Assembly (NCBI GenBank): GCA_038891175.1
Contig: JAWAET010000001.1
Location: forward strand, 1-43,944
DNA length: 43,944 bases
DNA from: Candidatus Pacearchaeota archaeon
GTDB lineage: Archaea; Nanobdellota; Nanobdellia; Pacearchaeales; GW2011-AR1
Direction: 5' to 3'
In this document: positions 26,967 to 34,579 of the stretch, piece after piece
Layout of the letters: each line of letters begins with the position of its first letter
How positions within the stretch are numbered: position 1 is the first letter of the stretch
The notes under the pieces: generated by a model
The model's input: the letters and a program-made list of their open reading frames with translations, nothing else
What the model was told of the DNA's origin: nothing
Databases searched by the model: none
Made by a program: the position numbers and the translations under genes

Positions 26967-27789
26967 GAGAATCAAAAGGACTCTTTATCTTTTTGATTTC
27001 TTCGTTTGAGATATGGGTGTAAATTTGAGTTGTGGAAAGATTAGAATGACCTAAAAGCTCTTGGATTTTTCTTATATCCACTCCGGACTCTAAAAGGTGA
27101 GTCGCGAAAGAGTGACGTAGTGTATGAGGATGAACTTCTTTATTTATTCCTGCTTTTTTAGCTGCTCTTTGAACTATCTTCTGTACAGCTCTCGAAGAGA
27201 TTTTTTTATTATTTTTCCCAAAAAGATATTTTTCTCCTTCTTTTTTCTTTTCTTCTACGTATTCTTTTAATTTAAGAAGAAGAGATTGCGGAATATTAAA
27301 TATTCTGTCCTTTCTTCCTTTTCCTTGCCTAACATAACCAATTTTTTCTTCAAAATTTAAGTCGTTGACTTCAAGGTTTATTAATTCTGAAACTCTTAAA
27401 CCACAAGCATAAAGAAGAGAAACCATAAGATTAGATTTTTTATTATTTATAACATTAAGTAAACGAGAAACCTCTTCTTTTGATAAAACGGAAGGAAGTT
27501 TTTTTTCTTTTTTTGGTCTTCTTATATTTTCAGTGATATCTTTCTTTAAAATTAAAGAAAAAGCATAACGTAAAGAAGAAAGAAAAACAATGATAGAACT
27601 TGCAGAACTGTTGGCCATTTTTTCAGCTAAAAAAAGTTTTACATCATCTTCATTGATTTCCTCAGGCGATTTGTCGATAAAATCTAAAAATTTTTTAACA
27701 TTAGAAAGATAATTTTTTGAAGTATTCTCTGAGCTTTTAGAAATTTTTAGTTCTACTTCTAGTTTTTTAAGAAAGTCTTCTTTTTTCAT
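26959..27789 (-). CDS. xerA: Tyrosine recombinase XerA/XerCD family
   Basis: GLRVSEL (Arg I), GKGRKDR, HPHTLRHSFATHLL (His-x-x-Arg), LLGHSNLSTTQIYTH (His and the Tyr nucleophile), and an N-terminal SAM-like core-binding domain. Confidence 0.9.
   Translation of the reverse strand: MKKEDFLKKLEVELKISKSSENTSKNYLSNVKKFLDFIDKSPEEINEDDVKLFLAEKMANSSASSIIVFLSSLRYAFSLILKKDITENIRRPKKEKKLPSVLSKEEVSRLLNVINNKKSNLMVSLLYACGLRVSELINLEVNDLNFEEKIGYVRQGKGRKDRIFNIPQSLLLKLKEYVEEKKKEGEKYLFGKNNKKISSRAVQKIVQRAAKKAGINKEVHPHTLRHSFATHLLESGVDIRKIQELLGHSNLSTTQIYTHISNEEIKKIKSPFDSLN
27308..27384. repeat. 77-bp direct repeat, copy A (inside xerA, codons ~136-160)
   Basis: It matches 29374..29450 at 76 of 77 positions (single T/C difference), and the boundaries are sharp. 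Confidence 0.85.
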
Positions 27790-27916
27790 AAAATAGATTA
27801 TACGAAATTATTTAAATAAGTTATGATAAAAAAATGAAAATTATAAAAATTTAATTTCTATAAAATAAGTAAAATTAAAAAGATATCTTTTTATACTTTA
27901 ATAAAAAAATAAAAAG

Positions 27917-28663
27917 ATGGGAAGAGGTTCTAGTGGTAGTTTAAAAGAGATAGAAGAATTTCCTAGAAGAATAAAGATATTCTTTTGGATAATAGTACTT
28001 TTATTTTTGTTTGGTAGTTTAGGTTTTAAGTTGTTAGGTGAAAAAACTTTCTTTGATGCGTTGTTTAGAACAGCCCAAACGCTTGCATTCATGTTCAAGG
28101 AACAAGCCACTATTAGTGAAAGGTTTTTAGAAATTTTTTTAGCAATAATAGGTGTTTTTTTTGTGTGGTGGGTACTCTGGAGCGTTGCAGATATGCTTCT
28201 TGATGGAAGTTTAAGAAAATATTTAAAAACAAAATATTATGAAGTAATATTAAGAGAAATGGAGAATCATATAATTATTGCAGGAGGAGGAAGGTCTGGT
28301 GAAGAAATTGCAAAAATTCTTACAGAAAAAAAACAAAAATTTGTCATAACAGATATTAATAAAGAAGTAGTAGAAAATCTTAGAAAAAAAGGATATATTG
28401 TTATAGAAGGAAGCCCTGATCAAGAAGAAACATTAATTAATGCAGGTATAAAGAAAGCTAAAAAGCTTATTTTGACTGTTCCAAAGACAGAGGTGAATCT
28501 TTTAGCGACAATTACAGCAAAAGAATTAAATCCTTCTATTGAGATTTATGCAAGATGCGAAAACCCTAAACATGTTTCTAAATTAAAAAAAGCAGGGGCA
28601 AAAATAGCTGTTGTTCCTGAGGTAGTCGCAGGAGATAAACTTGCTGAGAGTTTAGGAATATAA
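27917..28663 (+). CDS. Two-TM membrane protein with a cytoplasmic RCK/TrkA-N domain (K+ channel-like, degenerate selectivity filter)
   Basis: TM1 IFFWIIVLLFLFGSLGF, pore-helix-like FFDALFRTAQTLAFMFKE in place of TVGYG, TM2 FLAIIGVFFVWWVLW, then the Rossmann motif IIIAGGGRSGEEIA. Confidence 0.7.
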   Translation: MGRGSSGSLKEIEEFPRRIKIFFWIIVLLFLFGSLGFKLLGEKTFFDALFRTAQTLAFMFKEQATISERFLEIFLAIIGVFFVWWVLWSVADMLLDGSLRKYLKTKYYEVILREMENHIIIAGGGRSGEEIAKILTEKKQKFVITDINKEVVENLRKKGYIVIEGSPDQEETLINAGIKKAKKLILTVPKTEVNLLATITAKELNPSIEIYARCENPKHVSKLKKAGAKIAVVPEVVAGDKLAESLGI

Positions 28664-29373
28664 AAGAGAAACTATAAAAAGGTATAAAGAGATAGTAACA
28701 GCTTGGGAAGAAAAATTTATTCTTATTGTTTATCTCTATCTGATTATAAGAGGAGGTATTATAATAAAAACCTATAAAAGTTTGAAGAAGCAACAAAAAT
28801 AAAAGAGCCTATCAAAAAGAAAGTCCAGAAAGACAAAGAAAGAGAGTTGTAACAAATTCCTTATTTTTTTATTAGTTTTAATAGAAAAAAGTAGAAGAGC
28901 TTATTTGCTAGCTGAATAATCTTTTGGAATTTTTTAATTTGGCTTTGCCAATTTAGCGAAATGAGAGGATTAAAAATCTAAATAGAAGTGCATATTATTA
29001 AAAATATTTTAATTCATAATTTGATAAAGCCTTGCCTATCTTCTCTAAGATAACAAAAATATTCATAAAGGTCACCTTAGTGCACAAAATAAAACAAAAT
29101 TATGTTAAAAGAACATGAAAAGTTCGTATAAGATATATTATGCGAACGTCAAAAAAACGTAAAAATATATAAAAATTGAAAAAAACAAAGAAAAAGGAAG
29201 AACAAGAAGGATAAAAGAATAAAGAAAAGAGTTATTAAAAATAATTAAAAGAGGTCTAATGAGAATCAGAAAAGATGTTTTAAAGAGATAAAGTATCGCA
29301 AGAAGAATAAATAAGAAAGAAATTGTACGAAAAATTTATTTAAGAAAAAAAATCGAGAAATATAAATATCTTA

Positions 29374-29450
29374 TCCTTTCTTCCTTTTCCTTGCCTAACA
29401 TAACCAATTCTTTCTTCAAAATTTAAGTCGTTGACTTCAAGGTTTATTAA
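29374..29450. repeat. 77-bp direct repeat, copy B (isolated xerA-internal fragment)
   Basis: It is near-identical to 27308..27384. Both flanks are unrelated to xerA, and a stop codon lies immediately upstream in the xerA frame. Confidence 0.85.
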
Positions 29451-29488
29451 AATTTAACTAAGGTTAGCTTAGTGAAAAGAATATTTAA

Positions 29489-29698
29489 TTAATTTTTGAA
29501 TAAAAGATAAACAATAAAAAAAATAATAGAGATATCTATTAAAGTGAAAGAGATTTTAACTATTAAAGGATAGGGCTTAAAAAATAAGTAAGATAAAAAT
29601 ATTAAAAAAAAACAAAGAACGAAAAAAGAAGAGTATTTGATAAATTTTAAAAACTTCTTTTTTCTATGAAGGAAAGAATAAAGAATCTTACTTTTCAT
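29489..29698 (-). CDS. Small membrane protein (2 predicted TM), hypothetical
   Basis: Hydrophobic segments SSFFVLCFFLIFLSYLFF and IDISIIFFIVYLLF. It lies 1 nt downstream of 29700..29978. Confidence 0.35.
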   Translation of the reverse strand: MKSKILYSFLHRKKKFLKFIKYSSFFVLCFFLIFLSYLFFKPYPLIVKISFTLIDISIIFFIVYLLFKN

Positions 29699-29699
29699 C

Positions 29700-29978
29700 T
29701 TACTTCCTCTTGAAAAATTGTCTTAGAAATAAAAAGAAGAAAAAAGAAAAAGAAAACACTAGAAGAGCAGCTAAAAGAGAATTATCAGTCATATTAAAAT
29801 AAAGAGATTTTATATTTGTCTGTGGGATATTAAAAGACAACTTACAAAAGTCCCACTCGGAAAAAGAGCCTATTATTTGAGAATTGACCTTGCAGGGAAT
29901 AATTCTTATGAAAAAAGAAGAGATGGTTACAGAAAGAGAGAAAAAAAGAGAGTAAAGTGCAGTTTTCTTCAAAGACAT
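29700..29978 (-). CDS. Small membrane or secreted protein, hypothetical
   Basis: N-terminal signal/TM ALYSLFFSLSVTISSFFI and C-terminal TM LLAALLVFSFSFFFFLFL with a basic tail. Confidence 0.4.
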   Translation of the reverse strand: MSLKKTALYSLFFSLSVTISSFFIRIIPCKVNSQIIGSFSEWDFCKLSFNIPQTNIKSLYFNMTDNSLLAALLVFSFSFFFFLFLRQFFKRK

Positions 29979-30065
29979 ATTCTTAATGAGTCTCTTAAAT
30001 TTAAAAAGTTAACGAAAAAAGAAATTTTTGAAAGAAAGAATAAATAAAAAAGAGTAACAAAAAGA

Positions 30066-30252
30066 CCTTGTTTAAACAGCTGTTTAAATTTTAAACATAA
30101 AATTATCCTTGTTTAAACAGCTTACAAAAAAAAGTAGGCTGTTTAAATAAAAAATGAAAAAAAGCAAAATATAAAGAATTTTATCGTCGAAAAATTTAGA
30201 TGTTGGCTGTTTAAACGCTCTGTTTAAACAGCTGTTTAAATTTTAAACAGGC
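30066..30252. repeat. Iteron array built on the palindrome GTTTAAAC / AAACAGCTGTTT (at least 9 copies), including an exact 29-nt duplicate
   Basis: TGTTTAAACAGCTGTTTAAATTTTAAACA occurs at 30069..30097 and 30221..30249. Further copies lie at 30111, 30141 and 30209. The array sits in the divergent intergenic region upstream of 30308. Confidence 0.8.
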
Positions 30253-30307
30253 ATAAAAAGTAGCATAAAAAAACAAAAAATTTAAAAAGATTATTTTTTA
30301 TTAAGGT

Positions 30308-30928
30308 ATGATGTTTTGGATATTTAAGAGAAAAAAAGAGATAGAAAGAATTGAGGAAGAAACAAAAAAATCTTTTGAAAAGGTTAGAGAAGATCTTCTA
30401 AAAGTCGGAAAGTGGATAGAGCATTTCGACGGAAAAAATAAAAGAGTTGAAGAAGAAATTGAGAGTATAAAAGAAAAAATAGAAAGTATTGAAAAGAGTA
30501 TTGAAGAGCTAAAAGGTAGCTTTTCAATAATATCAAAGGAGCCGTTTAAACAGAGACAAACGGCTGTTTATAAACAAACAGAGGCTGTTGATGTTCAAAC
30601 AGCTGTCCAAACGGCTGTTCAAACAGGCATTTTAGACAAACTAACTCTGAGTGAGAGGGCTATAATTTTTGCTCTGCTTCATTCAGACATGAAATTGAGT
30701 TATGAAGATTTAGCAGTAATGTTAGGGAAGGATAAAAGCACAATAAGAGGACAAATAAACGCTATAAAGCAGAAAAGTGAGAGTTTGATAAAGGAAATAA
30801 GAGAACCTAGCGGAAAAAAGAGAGTGTATATCCCGCAAGAAATAGCAAAAACGCTAATAAAAAGCGTAAAAGTGAGAGTTAAAAAAGAAGAAGAAAATGA
30901 AAAAAAAGAAAAAGAAGAAGAAAATTAA
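30308..30928 (+). CDS. Coiled-coil, QT-rich linker and winged-helix DNA-binding protein
   Basis: The N-terminal heptad-like region is EEEIESIKEKIESIEKSIEELK and the linker is KQRQTAVYKQTEAVDVQTAVQTAVQTG. The wHTH is LSERAIIFALLHSDMKLSYEDLAVMLGKDKSTIRGQINAIKQK, followed by an acidic/basic tail. Confidence 0.6.
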   Translation: MMFWIFKRKKEIERIEEETKKSFEKVREDLLKVGKWIEHFDGKNKRVEEEIESIKEKIESIEKSIEELKGSFSIISKEPFKQRQTAVYKQTEAVDVQTAVQTAVQTGILDKLTLSERAIIFALLHSDMKLSYEDLAVMLGKDKSTIRGQINAIKQKSESLIKEIREPSGKKRVYIPQEIAKTLIKSVKVRVKKEEENEKKEKEEEN

Positions 30929-30997
30929 AAATAGTGAGAGGTGAAAGATGTAATAAAGGAAAAATAAAGATTAAAGTTATTCGTTTAAACGATTAAA

Positions 30998-31675
30998 TTA
31001 AATTTCCCTTAGTTTAAGAATTGTTTGAAGTGAGACAACTTTTTTTAGATCATCAGAAATCTTTAAAAAAACAGTTTTATTATCTGGCTTAATTTTGATT
31101 AAAGGGATGCCTTTAGCAATTATTTTGTTCGTATAATCTCGTATAGAAGACTCTGTAAGATTTAAATAATTAGCCAAAAGGCGATAAGATATTTCATTAA
31201 TTCCTTGTTCCTCTAGAGAGTAAATAGTAGAAAAAAGCTGCATCTCTTTATTCGTGAGTCTTTTAAATTTTAAACGAATCTCTTTTTTTGCGGAATCGAG
31301 AGAGTCTAAAAGAGTCTTAACTCTTTCAAAGTCATAAGAAGAATCATTATTATAAAAATTTGCCTGTTTGTCTGTCTGTTGGTTTGTCTGTCTGTCTGTT
31401 GGTTTGTCTGTTGGAACCCCTTTATTTCCTGTGGAAAAATAAAAATTTTGAGATTTTAACCCCCTTATTTCCTGTGGAACTGCTGGAAAATGTGCCGAAT
31501 TATCTGTCGAATAAGGAAAATATGCCGAATTCCCTATCTCTTTATGCTGATTTTTTAAAAGTTCTGACATATTCCTTTCTATTGTAGATATCCTCTCATT
31601 CAACTTAAATATTTCTTCTTTCAAAAAAGAGATTTCTTCTTTTACTTTAGAAAACGCCTCTTTTATAGGGTCCAT
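30998..31675 (-). CDS. Coiled-coil, repeat linker and winged-helix DNA-binding protein (architectural paralog of 30308..30928)
   Basis: The N-terminal coiled coil is KEEISFLKEEIFKLNERISTIERNMSELLK. The repetitive linker is NSAYFP/NSAHFP, PTDKPTDRQTNQQTDKQ. The wHTH is LTNKEMQLFSTIYSLEEQGINEISYRLLANYLNLTESSIRDYTNKIIAKG. Confidence 0.55.
   Translation of the reverse strand: MDPIKEAFSKVKEEISFLKEEIFKLNERISTIERNMSELLKNQHKEIGNSAYFPYSTDNSAHFPAVPQEIRGLKSQNFYFSTGNKGVPTDKPTDRQTNQQTDKQANFYNNDSSYDFERVKTLLDSLDSAKKEIRLKFKRLTNKEMQLFSTIYSLEEQGINEISYRLLANYLNLTESSIRDYTNKIIAKGIPLIKIKPDNKTVFLKISDDLKKVVSLQTILKLREI
31416..31479. repeat. Two direct ORB-like (origin recognition box) elements embedded in CDS 30998..31675
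   Basis: ACCCCTTTATTTCCTGTGGAA (31416..31436) and ACCCCCTTATTTCCTGTGGAA (31459..31479). The reverse complement is TTCCACAGGAAATAA(A/G)GGGGT, a dyad plus G-string. The 15-nt ACCCCTTTATTTCCT is identical to the box at 41695. Confidence 0.6.
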
Positions 31676-31728
31676 GAGAAAAAAAAGAAAGAGTAATTTA
31701 AAACTTTAATTATATTTCAAGATAACTT

Positions 31729-32052
31729 TTAACTTATATTAGAAGATTTTTCTTTATAAATCTCGTAGAGACTATTTGATAATCTCCATTTTATTCTTTT
31801 TTTGTAATCTCTTCCAAAAGAATTCTTGTTAATCTTAATAACAAAATGATTCTTTTCTAAGTCTATAAGAATTTTTTTAGTAAACTCTTCATCTCTCGCA
31901 ATCTCCTGTGAGATCTCTTTAGTAAAAAAAGATTTTGGATAATTTGTAAATAAAAAAAATAAAATCTGTTCTTTTATTTTTTCAATCTTATCAGAAGATA
32001 TAAAAGGCATAAGAAATAAAAAGACGAGAGTTTTATATAATTTTCTATTCAA
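31729..32052 (-). CDS. Small winged-helix protein (putative transcription regulator)
   Basis: KEQILFFLFTNYPKSFFTKEISQEIARDEEFTKKILIDLEKNHFVIKI is wHTH-like. It is divergent and back-to-back with lhr. The true start may be the internal Met (MPFISS), since a TATA-like TTATATAA for lhr lies in the first codons. Confidence 0.45.
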   Translation of the reverse strand: MNRKLYKTLVFLFLMPFISSDKIEKIKEQILFFLFTNYPKSFFTKEISQEIARDEEFTKKILIDLEKNHFVIKINKNSFGRDYKKRIKWRLSNSLYEIYKEKSSNIS

Positions 32053-32053
32053 A

Positions 32054-34579
32054 ATGGAAGAGAAATTAATAAGAGAGAGTATGGACTTCTTAGTAAGAGA
32101 ATGGTTTTTTAATAGATTTAAAGAGCTTTCATTAACACAAAAAAAGAGTTATATGAGCATAGCAGAAAGAAAGAATACGCTAATAAGTGCTCCTACAGGA
32201 GGAACTAAGACACTAAGTGCCTTTTTGTATATAATAAATTATTTAATAACTCTTGCTAAAAAAAATGAACTTGAAGAAAAAATTTATGTAATTTATTGTT
32301 CCCCGCTGAAAGCACTTACAAATGACATATATGTAAACTTAATTAATCCTCTTAAAGAAATAAGAAAGATAGCAGAAGAGAGAGGGATTTCTTGTCAAGA
32401 AATAAGGATAGGAGTGAGAACAGGAGACAGCTCTCTAAAAGAAAGAAAAGAGCATGTAAAAAAAACACCCCACATTTTGTTAACTACACCAGAAAGTCTA
32501 GCAATATTGCTTAACTCAAGGTTATCTGAAAAATTAAAAGGTACAGAATTTATAATAATTGATGAGATCCATTCATTAGCAGAAAATAAAAGAGGAGTTC
32601 ATCTTTCTTTAACATTGGAAAGGATAGAAGAAGAATTAGAAACGAAACTTACGAGAATTGGACTATCTGCAACAATATCTCCTTTAGAAGAAATAGCAAA
32701 GTTTTTAGCCGGACATGAAAGAGAGTGTGTTATAGTTGATGTTCCTTTAGAAAAAAAGTTTGATTTGAGTATTGTCTCTCCCTATGAAATAGATGAAAGA
32801 GGAAATTTAATAGAAAAAAAAGAAGAAGCTTTAGATGAAATAATAAGAAGTCATAAAACAACATTAATATTCACTAATACAAGATCTGCTACAGAAAGAG
32901 TAGTAAAAAACCTTAAAGAAAAATTTCCCGGAAAGTATATTACGAATATAGGAGCCCACCACTCCTCTATGTCAAAAGAGCATAGAAGAGAAATAGAAGA
33001 GAAATTAAGAAGAGGAGAGTTAAAAGCAGTGGTTTCTTCAACATCTTTAGAATTAGGAATAGATATAGGGTACATAGATGTTGTTGTTCTTTTAGGAAGT
33101 CCAAAATCAGTATCAAGAGCCTTACAAAGAGTGGGAAGAGCAGGACACAAACTACACGAAACAGCAAAAGGAATTTTTTTTGTTTATGATTTTGACGATT
33201 TGGTAGAGTGTAGTATAATGATAAAAAACTCAAAAGAAAAAAAGATAGACAGGGTGAATATCCCGAAAAACTGTTTAGATGTTCTAGCCCAACAAATTTT
33301 GGGAATGGTTTTAAAAAAAGAATATCTAATAGATGAATTATTTAAAATAATAAGAAAAAGTTACTGCTATAAGGACTTGAGTAGAGAAGATTTCTATTCT
33401 GTAATATCTTATCTCGCAGGAGAGTATAACTTAGAAAACAATAAAGTTTATCCAAAAATAAAGGTAGAAGGAAACTCTTTAAAAAAAGTAGGAAAGCTCA
33501 CAAAAATGATTTACTTAACTAATGTTGGGACAATACCTGATGAAAGTTATGTAGAAGTTTTAACAAGAGATAAAAAGGAAGTGGGAAAAATAGATGAAGC
33601 ATTTCTTGAAAAATTAAAAAAAGGAGACGTTTTCTCATTAGGAGGTAAATCTTATGAGTTTAGGTATACGAGAGGTATGAAGGTTTATGTGGACTTATCT
33701 TCAAAAAGCCCGAATATACCTTATTGGTATTCCGAAATATTGCCTTTGTCGTTTACCACAGCAGAATCCATTCAGAAATTTAGATATCTCCTAAAAGAAA
33801 AAATGGAAAAAGAAAAGGAAAAAGATAAAATAATAAGATTCATAGAAGATTATTGTCACATAGACAAAAAAAGTGCAGAATTAATTTTAAGATATTTTGA
33901 AGAACAAAAAAAAGTATCTATTATACCTACAGAAAAGGAAATTTTAATAGAACATTTTTTTGAAGAAAAAAACTTTTTCGTATTTCATTGTGTTTATGGA
34001 AGAAGAATTAACGAGGCTCTGTCAAGAGTAGTAAGTTATTCTCTCGCAAAAGAAAAAAAGAAAGATTTAGAAATAGGAGTTAATGATAATGGATTTTATT
34101 TAAGTAGTAAATTCTTAGATTATGATAGCATAGAAAAAGCATTAAAGAAAATAAGGAAAGAAAATATAAGAGAGATAATAGAAAAAAGTTTAGAGAATAG
34201 CGAAATATTGAAAAGAAGGTTTAGACACTGCGCTGTTAGAGGATTAATGATACTGAGAAATTATAAGGGAAAGAAAAAAAGTGCCGGTGTTCAGCAAGTT
34301 TCTTCACATTTTCTTTTGAGCAGTATAAAAAAGTTGACAAATGAGTTTCCAATATACAGAGAAGCTAAAAGAGAAATAATAGAAGATTACATGGATTTAA
34401 AAAATTTAGAAATGATAATAGAGAAAATAGAAAAAGGAGAAATAAGAATTATAAAAAAAGATATAAAGATGGCAAGTCCTTTTGCTTTTAATATAATAAA
34501 TCAAACACACAAAGATTTTATAAAAGTTGAAACAAAACAGGAGTTTATAAAGAGATTATTAAAAGAAAATGAAGTATAA
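32054..34579 (+). CDS. lhr: Lhr-type (Lhr-core) DEAH-box ATP-dependent helicase
   Basis: Motif I SAPTGGTKTL, motif II IIIDEIHSL, motif III LSATISP, motif VI QRVGRAGH. The winged-helix and domain-4 region extends to 841 aa. Confidence 0.85.
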   Translation: MEEKLIRESMDFLVREWFFNRFKELSLTQKKSYMSIAERKNTLISAPTGGTKTLSAFLYIINYLITLAKKNELEEKIYVIYCSPLKALTNDIYVNLINPLKEIRKIAEERGISCQEIRIGVRTGDSSLKERKEHVKKTPHILLTTPESLAILLNSRLSEKLKGTEFIIIDEIHSLAENKRGVHLSLTLERIEEELETKLTRIGLSATISPLEEIAKFLAGHERECVIVDVPLEKKFDLSIVSPYEIDERGNLIEKKEEALDEIIRSHKTTLIFTNTRSATERVVKNLKEKFPGKYITNIGAHHSSMSKEHRREIEEKLRRGELKAVVSSTSLELGIDIGYIDVVVLLGSPKSVSRALQRVGRAGHKLHETAKGIFFVYDFDDLVECSIMIKNSKEKKIDRVNIPKNCLDVLAQQILGMVLKKEYLIDELFKIIRKSYCYKDLSREDFYSVISYLAGEYNLENNKVYPKIKVEGNSLKKVGKLTKMIYLTNVGTIPDESYVEVLTRDKKEVGKIDEAFLEKLKKGDVFSLGGKSYEFRYTRGMKVYVDLSSKSPNIPYWYSEILPLSFTTAESIQKFRYLLKEKMEKEKEKDKIIRFIEDYCHIDKKSAELILRYFEEQKKVSIIPTEKEILIEHFFEEKNFFVFHCVYGRRINEALSRVVSYSLAKEKKKDLEIGVNDNGFYLSSKFLDYDSIEKALKKIRKENIREIIEKSLENSEILKRRFRHCAVRGLMILRNYKGKKKSAGVQQVSSHFLLSSIKKLTNEFPIYREAKREIIEDYMDLKNLEMIIEKIEKGEIRIIKKDIKMASPFAFNIINQTHKDFIKVETKQEFIKRLLKENEV

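Noticed and set aside
27790-27916. Search for a dif-like XerA site next to xerA (for example the palindrome AAAGATATCTTT)
   Set aside because: I saw only trivial AT-rich palindromes. None had the 11-6-11 architecture, and I cannot recall the archaeal dif consensus well enough to call one.
30040-30260. Could the GTTTAAAC repeat region be a CRISPR array?
   Set aside because: The repeat units are only about 8-18 nt, palindromic, irregularly spaced and partly contiguous. There are no unique spacers of uniform length and no cas genes nearby.
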